The notes under the pieces: generated by a model
The model's input: the letters and a program-made list of their open reading frames with translations, nothing else
What the model was told of the DNA's origin: nothing
Databases searched by the model: none
In this document: positions 19,678 through 29,212 of the stretch, in pieces
Layout: each line of letters opens with the position of its first letter
How positions within the stretch are numbered: the first letter of the stretch is position 1
Translations under genes and position numbers: made by a program
Assembly: GCA_016927245.1 (NCBI GenBank)
Contig: JAFGNA010000022.1
Location: 3,128-67,127 of the forward strand
Length of the DNA: 64,000 bases
Origin: Candidatus Woesearchaeota archaeon
GTDB lineage: Archaea > Nanobdellota > Nanobdellia > Woesearchaeales > WJKR01
Direction: 5' to 3'

Positions 19678-20376
19678 TCACCCAGGCAACCCTAATATAT
19701 AAATGTAGGTGATTGCAATGGCCGCGTACTTGAGGAATTGCCCTGAGACGAAGTACACATAGAACTTCACCCTGTTGTACTTGAACACGCCGAGAACGGT
19801 GCTGAGGGGTTGCGAGGGGAGGAAAGGGATGGCGTTGATCGCGAACACCGCCCAGGAGCCATACCTGTTCAGGACGCCCTTGATCTTGTAGAACTTCTTA
19901 GGACTGATCACCTTCTTGCTGAACGTGTCCAGCTTGACGCCGATGTAGTAGTTGGCCGTGAAGCTGATGATGAACCCGCCGATGAACGTGAAGAGGAGGA
20001 AGTACGGGTTGGTGCCCGCGCGCAAGAAGGAGATGAACACGAGCTCCATAGGGATGGTGATGAAGAACAGGCCGCCGAACAAGGAAGCGTAGAGCACGCC
20101 GAGGAGCGTGCCGGCGTCGATGTTTTGGGTGATGTGCGCGATGATACCCCTGAAGAACTCGAGGAACGCGATGTCCTTGTGCTGGAGGAAGAGGAAGTAG
20201 CTCGCAGCGAACATGGCGATGAAGAAGAGGACCACGTAGAGCAGGAACGCGAAGCGGAACTTGCGCTGCCGATTATACTGGAACATGGCCGTAGCGGAGA
20301 AGTCCTCACCCATACCCACCCCAAAAAGAAGGACTATTAAATAGTTTTTCATTACGGCAACGCACGCCACCACCAC
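19678..20376 (-). CDS. DedA / TVP38-TMEM64 family membrane protein (start may be MGEDFS at 20313)
   Basis: YGSWAVFAINAIPFLPSQPLSTVLGVFKYNRVKFYVY plus GQFLKYAAIA, characteristic DedA core. Confidence 0.6.
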   Translation of the reverse strand: MVVACVAVMKNYLIVLLFGVGMGEDFSATAMFQYNRQRKFRFAFLLYVVLFFIAMFAASYFLFLQHKDIAFLEFFRGIIAHITQNIDAGTLLGVLYASLFGGLFFITIPMELVFISFLRAGTNPYFLLFTFIGGFIISFTANYYIGVKLDTFSKKVISPKKFYKIKGVLNRYGSWAVFAINAIPFLPSQPLSTVLGVFKYNRVKFYVYFVSGQFLKYAAIAITYIYILGLPG

Positions 20377-20417
20377 AGAAACCTATTTAAAGCTCTTCAA
20401 AATCGCCCATAGGTAGC

Positions 20418-20490
20418 GCGCAGGTAGCCAAGCGGCTAAGGCGACCGCCTGCAGAGCGGTTATTCGGGGGTTCGAATCCCTCCCTGCGCT
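20418..20490 (+). tRNA. tRNA-Cys (anticodon GCA)
   Basis: Acceptor GCGCAGG/CCUGCGC, anticodon arm ACCGC-CUGCAGA-GCGGU, T-arm GGGGG-UUCGAAU-CCCUC, discriminator U. Confidence 0.85.
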
Positions 20491-20628
20491 GGCTTTCTCT
20501 TACCCATTTCTCCATCGCAGACAAAGGTCGATGATGATCAGCACACCCACGGCGGAAAGGATGAAGAGGATTGCGAAGGCGATACACAACGACGCGATGA
20601 TAACTGCCGCGTCGCTGGTGAAGTGAAA

Positions 20629-20916
20629 CTACCCGCCGACCATTCCTCCTGGCAGATAGGTTGGCTTTCTCTTGACGCCGATGACAACCCACACGAGCAT
20701 AGGCAGGCCTATGCAGAGGTTGAAGAAGGCGAGGAACCACTCGCCAAACAAGTCCATATCGAGGCCGATGACGTCGCCAACGAGCGGCGCACTAAAGAAG
20801 AGGATGATGAGCCCGCCGATGATGATGGCCGCGCGTGAGAACCATTCCTTGACGCGTTCCGCGAGGGCATCATGACTGAGATGGCACGAGGCCTGCGCGG
20901 CCACGAAGAAGAGCAA
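20629..20916 (-). CDS. Hypothetical small membrane protein
   Basis: 95-aa ORF with 2-3 hydrophobic helices; weak support. Confidence 0.3.
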   Translation of the reverse strand: MLFFVAAQASCHLSHDALAERVKEWFSRAAIIIGGLIILFFSAPLVGDVIGLDMDLFGEWFLAFFNLCIGLPMLVWVVIGVKRKPTYLPGGMVGG

Positions 20917-21017
20917 TTATACTTTGAGTCACTTGCCCGTGAGTTCATCACGAAACGAACAAATCAAAGAGTTGCGGAAAAAGGCATATAAACTCCTGCC
21001 AATTCTCCTTTTTTTAT

Positions 21018-21803
21018 ATGGATTCGAAGGTGCTGATACGCTTGCCCCGCAAGCAGTACGTCGAGGAGCTCGGCCGCGAGATATCCCTCGGAGAGTTCGA
21101 GAAGCATGTCATCACCAGGACTGACCAGTCATACAGCGACAAGAAACACACCATCACGCCAGAGTCCTTGCAACAGGAGCCGCACCGGTTCATTATCAAG
21201 AAAGACGAATACCTCCTCTTAGAAGCTGACTTCCTCGATGAGTACAAGCAGCTCAAGCGACTCGCGCAGATCATCACGCTCAAGGATCTCGGCCGCATCA
21301 TCACCTTGCTCGGCGTCACGAAGGACTCAGTCGTGGTCGAGGCAGGCACCGGGTCGGGCGCCGCCACATGCTACCTCGCGAAGGTCGCGAGAGAGGTGCA
21401 CTCCTACGAGGTCAACGAGGAACACCTCACCGTTGCGAGGGAGAACACTGAAAGGCTCGGCATAAGCAACGTCCAGTTCCACAAGACAGACGTTTACGAG
21501 GGGATGAAAGACCACGGGGCTGACGCATTCCTCCTCGACGTCCCCGACCCTGCAAGGGCGTTGCCTCAGGTCATCAAGGCATTGCGCATGGGCGGCCGCT
21601 GCGTGGTGTACACGCCTAACCTGACCCAGGCCCGGGACGTCGCGAACAGCCTGCCCGACGCCTTGCTGTACGAAGGCGTGATCGAGCTCACCGAGCGCGG
21701 CTGGCAGGTCCAAGGAAGGCAATTGCGGCCGCGCATGCAGGGACTCGGCCACACCTCATTCCTCACCTTGCTCAGGAAGATACCAGGAGGTGCTAGCAGA
21801 TGA
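21018..21803 (+). CDS. trmI: tRNA (adenine57/58-N1)-methyltransferase TrmI (GCD14 family)
   Basis: SAM motif VVEAGTGSGAATCYLA, LLDVPDP (D-P catalytic), VYTPNLTQ; 261 aa. Confidence 0.7.
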   Translation: MDSKVLIRLPRKQYVEELGREISLGEFEKHVITRTDQSYSDKKHTITPESLQQEPHRFIIKKDEYLLLEADFLDEYKQLKRLAQIITLKDLGRIITLLGVTKDSVVVEAGTGSGAATCYLAKVAREVHSYEVNEEHLTVARENTERLGISNVQFHKTDVYEGMKDHGADAFLLDVPDPARALPQVIKALRMGGRCVVYTPNLTQARDVANSLPDALLYEGVIELTERGWQVQGRQLRPRMQGLGHTSFLTLLRKIPGGASR

Positions 21804-22027
21804 ACGCGTACGTACTGATAGCGCTGGCCGACTGCGACGAGCAGGTCGTGCTGGAAGAACTGCAGGGATTCCCTGAGGTGAAGGAGGCGCACATCCTGTT
21901 CGGGGAATGGGACCTCATCGCCAAGCTCGAGGTCGAGAACCCTGAGGCGGCGGGCACGTTCGTCATGGAGCACATCCGCAAGCTCGAAGACGTCAAGCTG
22001 ACCTCGACGTTAATCGTGGCGAGATGA
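21800..22027 (+). CDS. Lrp/AsnC C-terminal (RAM) domain stand-alone protein
   Basis: 75 aa, AYVLIAL..GFPEVKEAHILFGEWDLIAKLEVEN pattern; ATGA overlap with trmI. Confidence 0.5.
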   Translation: MNAYVLIALADCDEQVVLEELQGFPEVKEAHILFGEWDLIAKLEVENPEAAGTFVMEHIRKLEDVKLTSTLIVAR

Positions 22028-22616
22028 GCCTCGCAGAGATGAGCAGGAACCCCGCGGCGACGGCGTTCTTAGCCAGGACGTAGCCTGCGGCGAGCGGGAA
22101 GAAGCTCCCGCTCCACAACCGCATCATGAGCGATGCGCCTCCGAACCGCCAGTTGCCCGTGAAGAGGAGTTCGTGGAAGCGGGTGAAGAACCAGTCCCAG
22201 CGCATTGCGGAGAGGGCGAGCACCACGGTCAGGACGACGATGATGATGCTTGTTCGCCGGAACAGCCGCTGGAACACGTCGCGCCGGCCGGCCTGGCCTG
22301 CGAGGGCCACGAAGAGTATGGCGAGCGCCGCGATGAGGAGGCGCGCGATGCCCACGCCCGTCCTGTAAAGTCCTTTCACATCCTCGAGGTGCGCTGCTTG
22401 TTGTTCGTCGAATAATGCCAGTGCTGCCTCGTCCTCAAGGTAGGATTGGAAGTTCTCGGTCACCGACCATACCAGCTCATCACCTAATCGGTCGAACGCG
22501 CCGTTCTGTCCGTACGCGCATCGGTAGAACGCGTCGTCGTGGAACGTGCCGAGGACTGATAAGAGGAGTGTCAGGGCGGTGAGGAGGCCTGCAGAGGCCC
22601 AAACGATCGATGCCAT
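21993..22616 (-). CDS. Hypothetical integral membrane protein
   Basis: 207 aa, 4 TM segments. Confidence 0.35.
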   Translation of the reverse strand: MASIVWASAGLLTALTLLLSVLGTFHDDAFYRCAYGQNGAFDRLGDELVWSVTENFQSYLEDEAALALFDEQQAAHLEDVKGLYRTGVGIARLLIAALAILFVALAGQAGRRDVFQRLFRRTSIIIVVLTVVLALSAMRWDWFFTRFHELLFTGNWRFGGASLMMRLWSGSFFPLAAGYVLAKNAVAAGFLLISARLISPRLTSRSA

Positions 22617-22634
22617 GGTGGCGTGCGTGTCTCG

Positions 22635-23588
22635 TTAGTCAGCGGCGAAGTATCGTGGTTCCCGCTCGCAGAGGCGTTCCAGCCCTCGCGCTCGGGCGAC
22701 GTACCTGCTTGTCCGTTCCATCTCAGGGCGCTCTTTGAGTATCTTCCTGAGCTCTTCGAGGTGTCTCTGCGCTTTCGGGAGGTATGCCCGGTCGCCGAAG
22801 TAGTCTGCAAGGACGGTCGCGGCACGTAGCCGGTCCGACATGATAAACAATGAGTTTTTGCCGAGGGGTGCCATCACGCCGTCGACGAAGGAGTCATTGA
22901 GAGCGTCGTACCACCCGGTTGCGGCCTGCTCCTGCTCTTCCCTGAACAATGAAGGGTTCTTGAAACAGAACCTGAAGCGCTCCTTCTTCGCGAGGAGGCT
23001 GTCGGTGAAGAGGTGTAAGTAATGCCCTGTCCCTAGCGAGCGGAAGAGCAGCGCCGCCGCTTTCGCGCTGTCATGCCACCGGGCAACATCATTAATCACT
23101 CGTTTCGCGTACTTCCTCGCCGAAGGGATGTCGTTCTCCACGAAGTCGTTGAACCTCGATTCCTCCCTGGCGTAACGGTTCTTCCACACGTCTGCTTCCA
23201 CCTGGTGGATGCTCGCTTCGAGACGGTCGAGGTATGTTCCGAAGTTCTTGTCCGCACGGTACTTCTTAGCCTTCACGGCAACGAGGCTGTTGCTGTCGAG
23301 CAACGAGATTTTTTCCAGCAGCCACGTCGGCACTCGTTCCTCAGGAAGGAGGAGCGATCGTTGCCCTCGGAATCGCCAGTCTGATTCCTTGCGAGTAGCT
23401 CCTAGGTAGAGCCGTAGGAGCTCGTTCAACTGCTTGGTGGCCCTTATGCTTGTCACATGAGGGTTGCCCGTGCATCTCAGCTCCTTCTTGAGGGTCTCTT
23501 CGAGAGCTGGCGTCACCGACTTGCCGGCCTCGTTGAAGAGGCGGAAGAGCCTACCGGTGAACACGACGTCCTTGTCTCCCTTGAACAT
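22635..23588 (-). CDS. Hypothetical protein
   Basis: 317-aa ORF, no confident motif. Confidence 0.35.
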   Translation of the reverse strand: MFKGDKDVVFTGRLFRLFNEAGKSVTPALEETLKKELRCTGNPHVTSIRATKQLNELLRLYLGATRKESDWRFRGQRSLLLPEERVPTWLLEKISLLDSNSLVAVKAKKYRADKNFGTYLDRLEASIHQVEADVWKNRYAREESRFNDFVENDIPSARKYAKRVINDVARWHDSAKAAALLFRSLGTGHYLHLFTDSLLAKKERFRFCFKNPSLFREEQEQAATGWYDALNDSFVDGVMAPLGKNSLFIMSDRLRAATVLADYFGDRAYLPKAQRHLEELRKILKERPEMERTSRYVARARGLERLCEREPRYFAAD

Positions 23589-23630
23589 GGCGCGTGGGCA
23601 GTGGAGCGACGAATAAAAAAGTTTGCTTGT

Positions 23631-25376
23631 TCAGCAGTAGTACAGCTTGCCGTTGCCCTTTTGTTCCCGGTCTTTTTGCGATCCGAGCTTGTTCACCCGC
23701 GGCCTGCCGGACTCCTCATCCCTCCTGAACGTGATCTGCAGTCCGTCAAGGAACGCGTTCATGCCTTGCTCCATCGTGAAGGGCCCTTCGGCGCGACCCG
23801 TGACCGCTGGTTCCCCTTCAAACACGAGGAGGCCTGTGGAGAGGTAGTCGATGAACAACAAGTCGTGGTCGACTATCAGCGCTGATTTCCCCTGCGCGGC
23901 CATGAGGTCGCCGATGACCTTGCTCACCAGGAGTCGCTGCTCCACGTCGAGGTAGGCGGAGGGCTCGTCCAGCAGGTAGAGGTCTGCTTCTTTCGCGAGG
24001 CAGGCGGCGATGGCCACTCGCTGGAGCTCTCCGCCAGAGAGTTGGTTCAGGGTCTTCTGGAAGAGCTCCTTGAGCTCGAGCGGCGCGATGAGCTGCTGCT
24101 CGTACCGCGACGCATCGTGCAGGTAGGTGACGACGAGGTCGTCGTTCTTCTCGAGGTATTGCGGCTTGTAGCTGACTCTCAGGTCGAGGGCTTGGCCTCT
24201 TTCTTCGCCTGCGAGGAGTTTCACGAAGCTCGTCTTGCCGATGCCATTCTCTCCTAGTATGCCGATGACATCGTGCTTGTTAATCCTGCCGGCGGCCGCT
24301 GAGAGGTGGAAGTCGCCGAGCTCGTGCTCGAACCCTTCCCACGAGGTGAGCTTCTCGGCGTGCGCTTCCTTCGTCGGCGGCCGCTTCTCGAACATGATGG
24401 GCTTGTCCCTGAACCGGACGTTCTCCTCGCGCAAGTAGCCGGAGAGGTAGGTGTTGATGCCTGCTTTCGTTGTGTGCGGGTGGCTGACGACGCCGAACGC
24501 CCCTGCCTGTCCGTACATGAGGTGGACGAGGTCGGTCATGGCATCAAGGATGATGAGGTCATGCTCGATGACCATGACCGCGGTGCCTTCGCCCGCAATC
24601 GACCTGATGAACCTGCTGACCTTGATGCGCTGCTTGATGTCTAGGTAGCTCGTGGGCTCATCAAAGAGGTAGAGGTTCGCTTTTTTCAGGACGGTGGCGG
24701 CTATTGCGGCTCGTTGCAGCTCGCCGCCGCTGAGGTGCTTGACGTCGCGGTCGAGGAACTTGTCCAGGTCCAGCAAGGCCGCTAGCTCTTCCAGCCTGTT
24801 GGTCTCGTCCACCTGTTCGAGAAGTTCGCGCACGGTCCCTTCGAACTGTCTTGGTATCAGGTCGACTTGTTGCGGCTTGTACGCCACCTTGATCTCGCCT
24901 TTGTCGAGCTTGTCGAAGAACGCTTGCGCCTCGCTGCCTCTGTACCTAGTGGCGAGCTCTTTGTAGGTGGATTCCTTGTCTGCCTGCCCGAGGTTGGGCT
25001 TGAGCAGGCCGGCGATGATCTGCAGCGCCGTGCTTTTTCCGATGCCGTTCCTGCCCACGATGCCGACCACTTTCCCGAATATCGGGATGGGGAGTTGGAA
25101 GAGCGCGAAACCGTTCTTGCCGTAGCGGTGGATAGGGTCCTCTTCCAACGCTTCGGGCAGGTTGACCATCATGAGGGCGCCGAACGGACACTTGTTCGCC
25201 GCTATCCGGTCGACGTCGCTGATGACCTCTTCATTCACTTCGACCTTGCCGTCAGCGCTCTTCACGATGGCGTCCTTCCCAGCCCTGTTGCTGGGCGAGA
25301 CCCGCATGCATAGGTAGCCGCCGCAGCCCTGCGGGTTGCACTTCTCCTTCCGCACGATCATGATGCGCTTGGCCAT
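23631..25376 (-). CDS. abcE1: ABCE1 / RNase L inhibitor ribosome-recycling ATPase
   Basis: N-terminal 4Fe-4S cluster cysteines (CNPQGCGGYLC, CPFGA), two ABC modules (GIVGRNGIGKST; GILGENGIGKTS; LSGGELQR twice). Confidence 0.9.
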   Translation of the reverse strand: MAKRIMIVRKEKCNPQGCGGYLCMRVSPSNRAGKDAIVKSADGKVEVNEEVISDVDRIAANKCPFGALMMVNLPEALEEDPIHRYGKNGFALFQLPIPIFGKVVGIVGRNGIGKSTALQIIAGLLKPNLGQADKESTYKELATRYRGSEAQAFFDKLDKGEIKVAYKPQQVDLIPRQFEGTVRELLEQVDETNRLEELAALLDLDKFLDRDVKHLSGGELQRAAIAATVLKKANLYLFDEPTSYLDIKQRIKVSRFIRSIAGEGTAVMVIEHDLIILDAMTDLVHLMYGQAGAFGVVSHPHTTKAGINTYLSGYLREENVRFRDKPIMFEKRPPTKEAHAEKLTSWEGFEHELGDFHLSAAAGRINKHDVIGILGENGIGKTSFVKLLAGEERGQALDLRVSYKPQYLEKNDDLVVTYLHDASRYEQQLIAPLELKELFQKTLNQLSGGELQRVAIAACLAKEADLYLLDEPSAYLDVEQRLLVSKVIGDLMAAQGKSALIVDHDLLFIDYLSTGLLVFEGEPAVTGRAEGPFTMEQGMNAFLDGLQITFRRDEESGRPRVNKLGSQKDREQKGNGKLYYC

Positions 25377-25458
25377 GCGTGCAGAAGAAACACCTGTTCT
25401 TTATAAAGGGTACGGTGCAAACATTTATAAATCAGCGTTGAGGGTACTCAAGCGAGAG

Positions 25459-26640
25459 GTGGGCAACACGGCGCAAACATTCCTTCTCGTGCTGAACTCA
25501 GGCTCGTCATCACTGAAATACTCCTTATTCGAGGAGAAATCCTTGAGGGAGGTCCTGCAAGGCCACGTCGACGGCATCGGCTTGGACAGGTGCTGCCTCA
25601 AGGTCAAGCGAGATAACCAATGGACAGAGACCAAGTTCCTCGCCGAAGACCACCTCCACGCAGTCATAAAGGCGTTCCAATCACTCAAGGACAACGATAT
25701 CCTCCAAGGATTCGACCAGATACAAAAAGTGGGACACAGAGTCGTGCACGGCGGCGAGAAGTTCACCCAGCCCACGAGGATAACGCCGGCGGTGCTGAAG
25801 AAGATAAAATCGCTCTCCGTCCTGGCACCATTGCACAACCCACCGGCATTAGCAGGCATATTGGCGGTCAAGAAAATCTTGCCGAAAGTCCCGCAGATAG
25901 CGGTGTTCGACACCGCGTTCCACCACTCCATCCCGAAAGAGGCGTTCCTGTACGGCCTGCCCTACCAACTGTACGAGGAGCTCGGCATCCGCAAGTACGG
26001 CTTCCACGGCATCAGTCATGAGTACGTCTCGAGATTGGCGAGGAAGGCGCTGAACAAGCAGAGGAGCGAGCAGGAAGAGATAATAACGTGCCACCTCGGC
26101 AACGGCTCCTCCATCACCGCGGTGAAGAACGGCAGGTCCGTGGACACCAGCATGGGCTTCACCCCGCTCGACGGGCTCATCATGGGCACCCGTTCAGGAG
26201 AGATGGACCCGGAGATCATCTTGTTCCTGCTCAACCAGAAGCACTACACGACGGCGCAGCTCGAGAAGATACTGCAGAAGCAATCAGGCCTAAAGGGATT
26301 GGCTGGGAGCAGCGACGTTCGAGAGCTGCACGACCGAGCCTTGAAGAAAGACAAGCAAGCAATCCTGGCACTGGACATGCTCGCCTACCGCATCGCCAAG
26401 TTCATCGGCGCCTACGCGGCAGCCCTCAAAGGATTGGACGCCATCGTGTTCACCGCGGGGATAGGCGAGAACGCGTACTACCTGCGCAAGAAGGCGTGCT
26501 CATACCTCGGCTTTCTCGGCGTCAAGCTCGACGCTCACGCCAACCGCAAGAACTTGACCTACATCTCGAAGCCGAGCAGCAAGGTGAAGGTGCTCGTGCT
26601 GCACACGGACGAGGCACGGGCGATAGCGGAGCAGCTCTGA
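25459..26640 (+). CDS. ackA: Acetate kinase (GTG start at 25459 after GAGAGGT; ORF track extends to 25336)
   Basis: LVLNSGSSSLKYSLF, VVHGGEKF, HLGNGSS, AGIGEN: acetate/propionate kinase signatures. Confidence 0.85.
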   Translation: MGNTAQTFLLVLNSGSSSLKYSLFEEKSLREVLQGHVDGIGLDRCCLKVKRDNQWTETKFLAEDHLHAVIKAFQSLKDNDILQGFDQIQKVGHRVVHGGEKFTQPTRITPAVLKKIKSLSVLAPLHNPPALAGILAVKKILPKVPQIAVFDTAFHHSIPKEAFLYGLPYQLYEELGIRKYGFHGISHEYVSRLARKALNKQRSEQEEIITCHLGNGSSITAVKNGRSVDTSMGFTPLDGLIMGTRSGEMDPEIILFLLNQKHYTTAQLEKILQKQSGLKGLAGSSDVRELHDRALKKDKQAILALDMLAYRIAKFIGAYAAALKGLDAIVFTAGIGENAYYLRKKACSYLGFLGVKLDAHANRKNLTYISKPSSKVKVLVLHTDEARAIAEQL

Positions 26641-26690
26641 GTCACAACCTTTATATACCTGGAACGCCCTTCGCCTGTCAGGGGTGCGTG

Positions 26691-27933
<1,243 letters not shown>

Positions 27934-27941
27934 TCTTTTTA

Positions 27942-28397
27942 TTGTCCTCTCTCCTTTTTTCTTCTCCGATGCGCAAGCAGCACTCCAAGAAGGACATTAA
28001 GAGGTTCTTAGAGCAACACCCCCAAGCAGAAGGGTTCATGGACAAGAAATCAGTCGTCATCGAGGAGGATGACAAAATCACGGTCGATGGCAACACGTAT
28101 TTCAGGAAGCACGGAGAGGGATGGATTCCTTCCTTGGAGCTCCTACGCGAGCACCACGTTCTACCAGTGGTCATCGTGGACAAAGGGACGCCACCGTTCA
28201 TCCTGAAAGGGGCTGATCTGATGCGGCCAGGCGTCATCAGCTGCGAGTCCTTCAAGAAAGGGGATGTTATCGTCATCGTCGACGAGCAGCACCGCTACCC
28301 CCTCGCCACGGGAAAGGCACTGCTCTCATCAGAGGAGGTAATGGCTAAAAAAGAGGGGAAGGTCGTCAAGGTCATCCACAATCTCAAGAGCGGATGA
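27942..28397 (+). CDS. PUA-domain RNA-binding protein (MCT-1/Tma20-like)
   Basis: About 150 aa with a C-terminal PUA-like region (PPFILKGADLMRPGV..GDVIVIVDEQHRYPLATGKA). Confidence 0.5.
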   Translation: MSSLLFSSPMRKQHSKKDIKRFLEQHPQAEGFMDKKSVVIEEDDKITVDGNTYFRKHGEGWIPSLELLREHHVLPVVIVDKGTPPFILKGADLMRPGVISCESFKKGDVIVIVDEQHRYPLATGKALLSSEEVMAKKEGKVVKVIHNLKSG

Positions 28398-29209
28398 GCT
28401 GTTTGCACAGCTCGTTCACGTAGGCGAGCGTGTCGTCGCCCGTCACGACGACGTCGTAGGCGTCGAGATACACGTCTAGCTTGTCCTCGTCATGCAGGAA
28501 GCCTGCCTTGATGACGGTATCATGCTCGAGGCCGTCGGTCATCCCCGTGTCGCCGAGGAGCAGCACGTTAGGGCGGTCCCTGATGATAGGGAAGAACGCC
28601 TGCTCGCGTAGCTGGACCTCGCTCTTGTTGTAGGAGTGCACGATGCGTCCTTGGTAACCGGTCGCGTACCCGTCATCGTCGAAGGCAAAGAAGTTGGCGA
28701 TGACGTGCATATTGGGATAAAGGACCGCTTCTTTTTTTTAGGAAGCCCTTGATGAGGTCTCCGAGCCCCGAGGAGAAGATGAGGAGGGGCACCCCATGAT
28801 CATGCAGCATCCTAAGGAACTCATCAGCCCCTTCTTTCAGTATTCCTTGGTGGTCGTCGAGTATGCGCTTGAGGACTCCCTTGCTCATGCCCGACCGTAT
28901 CATGAGTTCGTCGTGGGTCGACCACCATTCCTGCATCTTCTGCATCCGTTCCTGTGCGCTCAGCGAAGAGTCTTCTTCAAGGGGCCGGTACGTGTCGTAC
29001 AGCGCGTACGCTTGCTCGGGGTACTCGTGGGAGAGGTACGATCAGCTCCTGATGAGGCCGAACAATGACGGTACCTTTTTTCCTTCGATGACGCTCCGGG
29101 AGAGGGTGCGGTCGAAGTCGGAGATGACGTGCAGCGACTCCCTGCCTGCTGATTGGATAGTCGCGACCTTGCGGTGCAACCTTTCTGGGCGCTTAACGTG
29201 CACGGTCAT
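28384..29209 (-). pseudogene. Cytosolic 5'-nucleotidase III (UMPH-1/HAD) family gene, disrupted by an in-frame TGA and a frameshift
   Basis: Hand translation from ATG at 29209: MTVHVKRPERLHRKVATIQSAGRESLHVISDFDRTLS (HAD DxDxT motif), ...GLIRS, then TGA (29042-29044). The same frame continues SYLSHEYPEQ...IFSSGLGDLIKG. A frame change near the T8 run at 28732-28739 leads into HVIANFFAFDDDGY...LLLGDTGMTD...DVVVTGDD. Colinear with eukaryotic NT5C3. Confidence 0.7.
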
Positions 29210-29212
29210 AGG

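Noticed and set aside
20387-20740. 117-aa ORF on the minus strand
   Set aside because: It overlaps tRNA-Cys on the opposite strand and has an Arg-rich, improbable composition.
29042-29044. In-frame TGA in the UMPH-1 gene as selenocysteine or sense-codon recoding
   Set aside because: Many clearly complete genes in the window (eif5a, rps24e, spt4, CBS gene, cdc6) terminate with TGA. No SECIS-like hairpin was noticed. The same gene also carries a frameshift.
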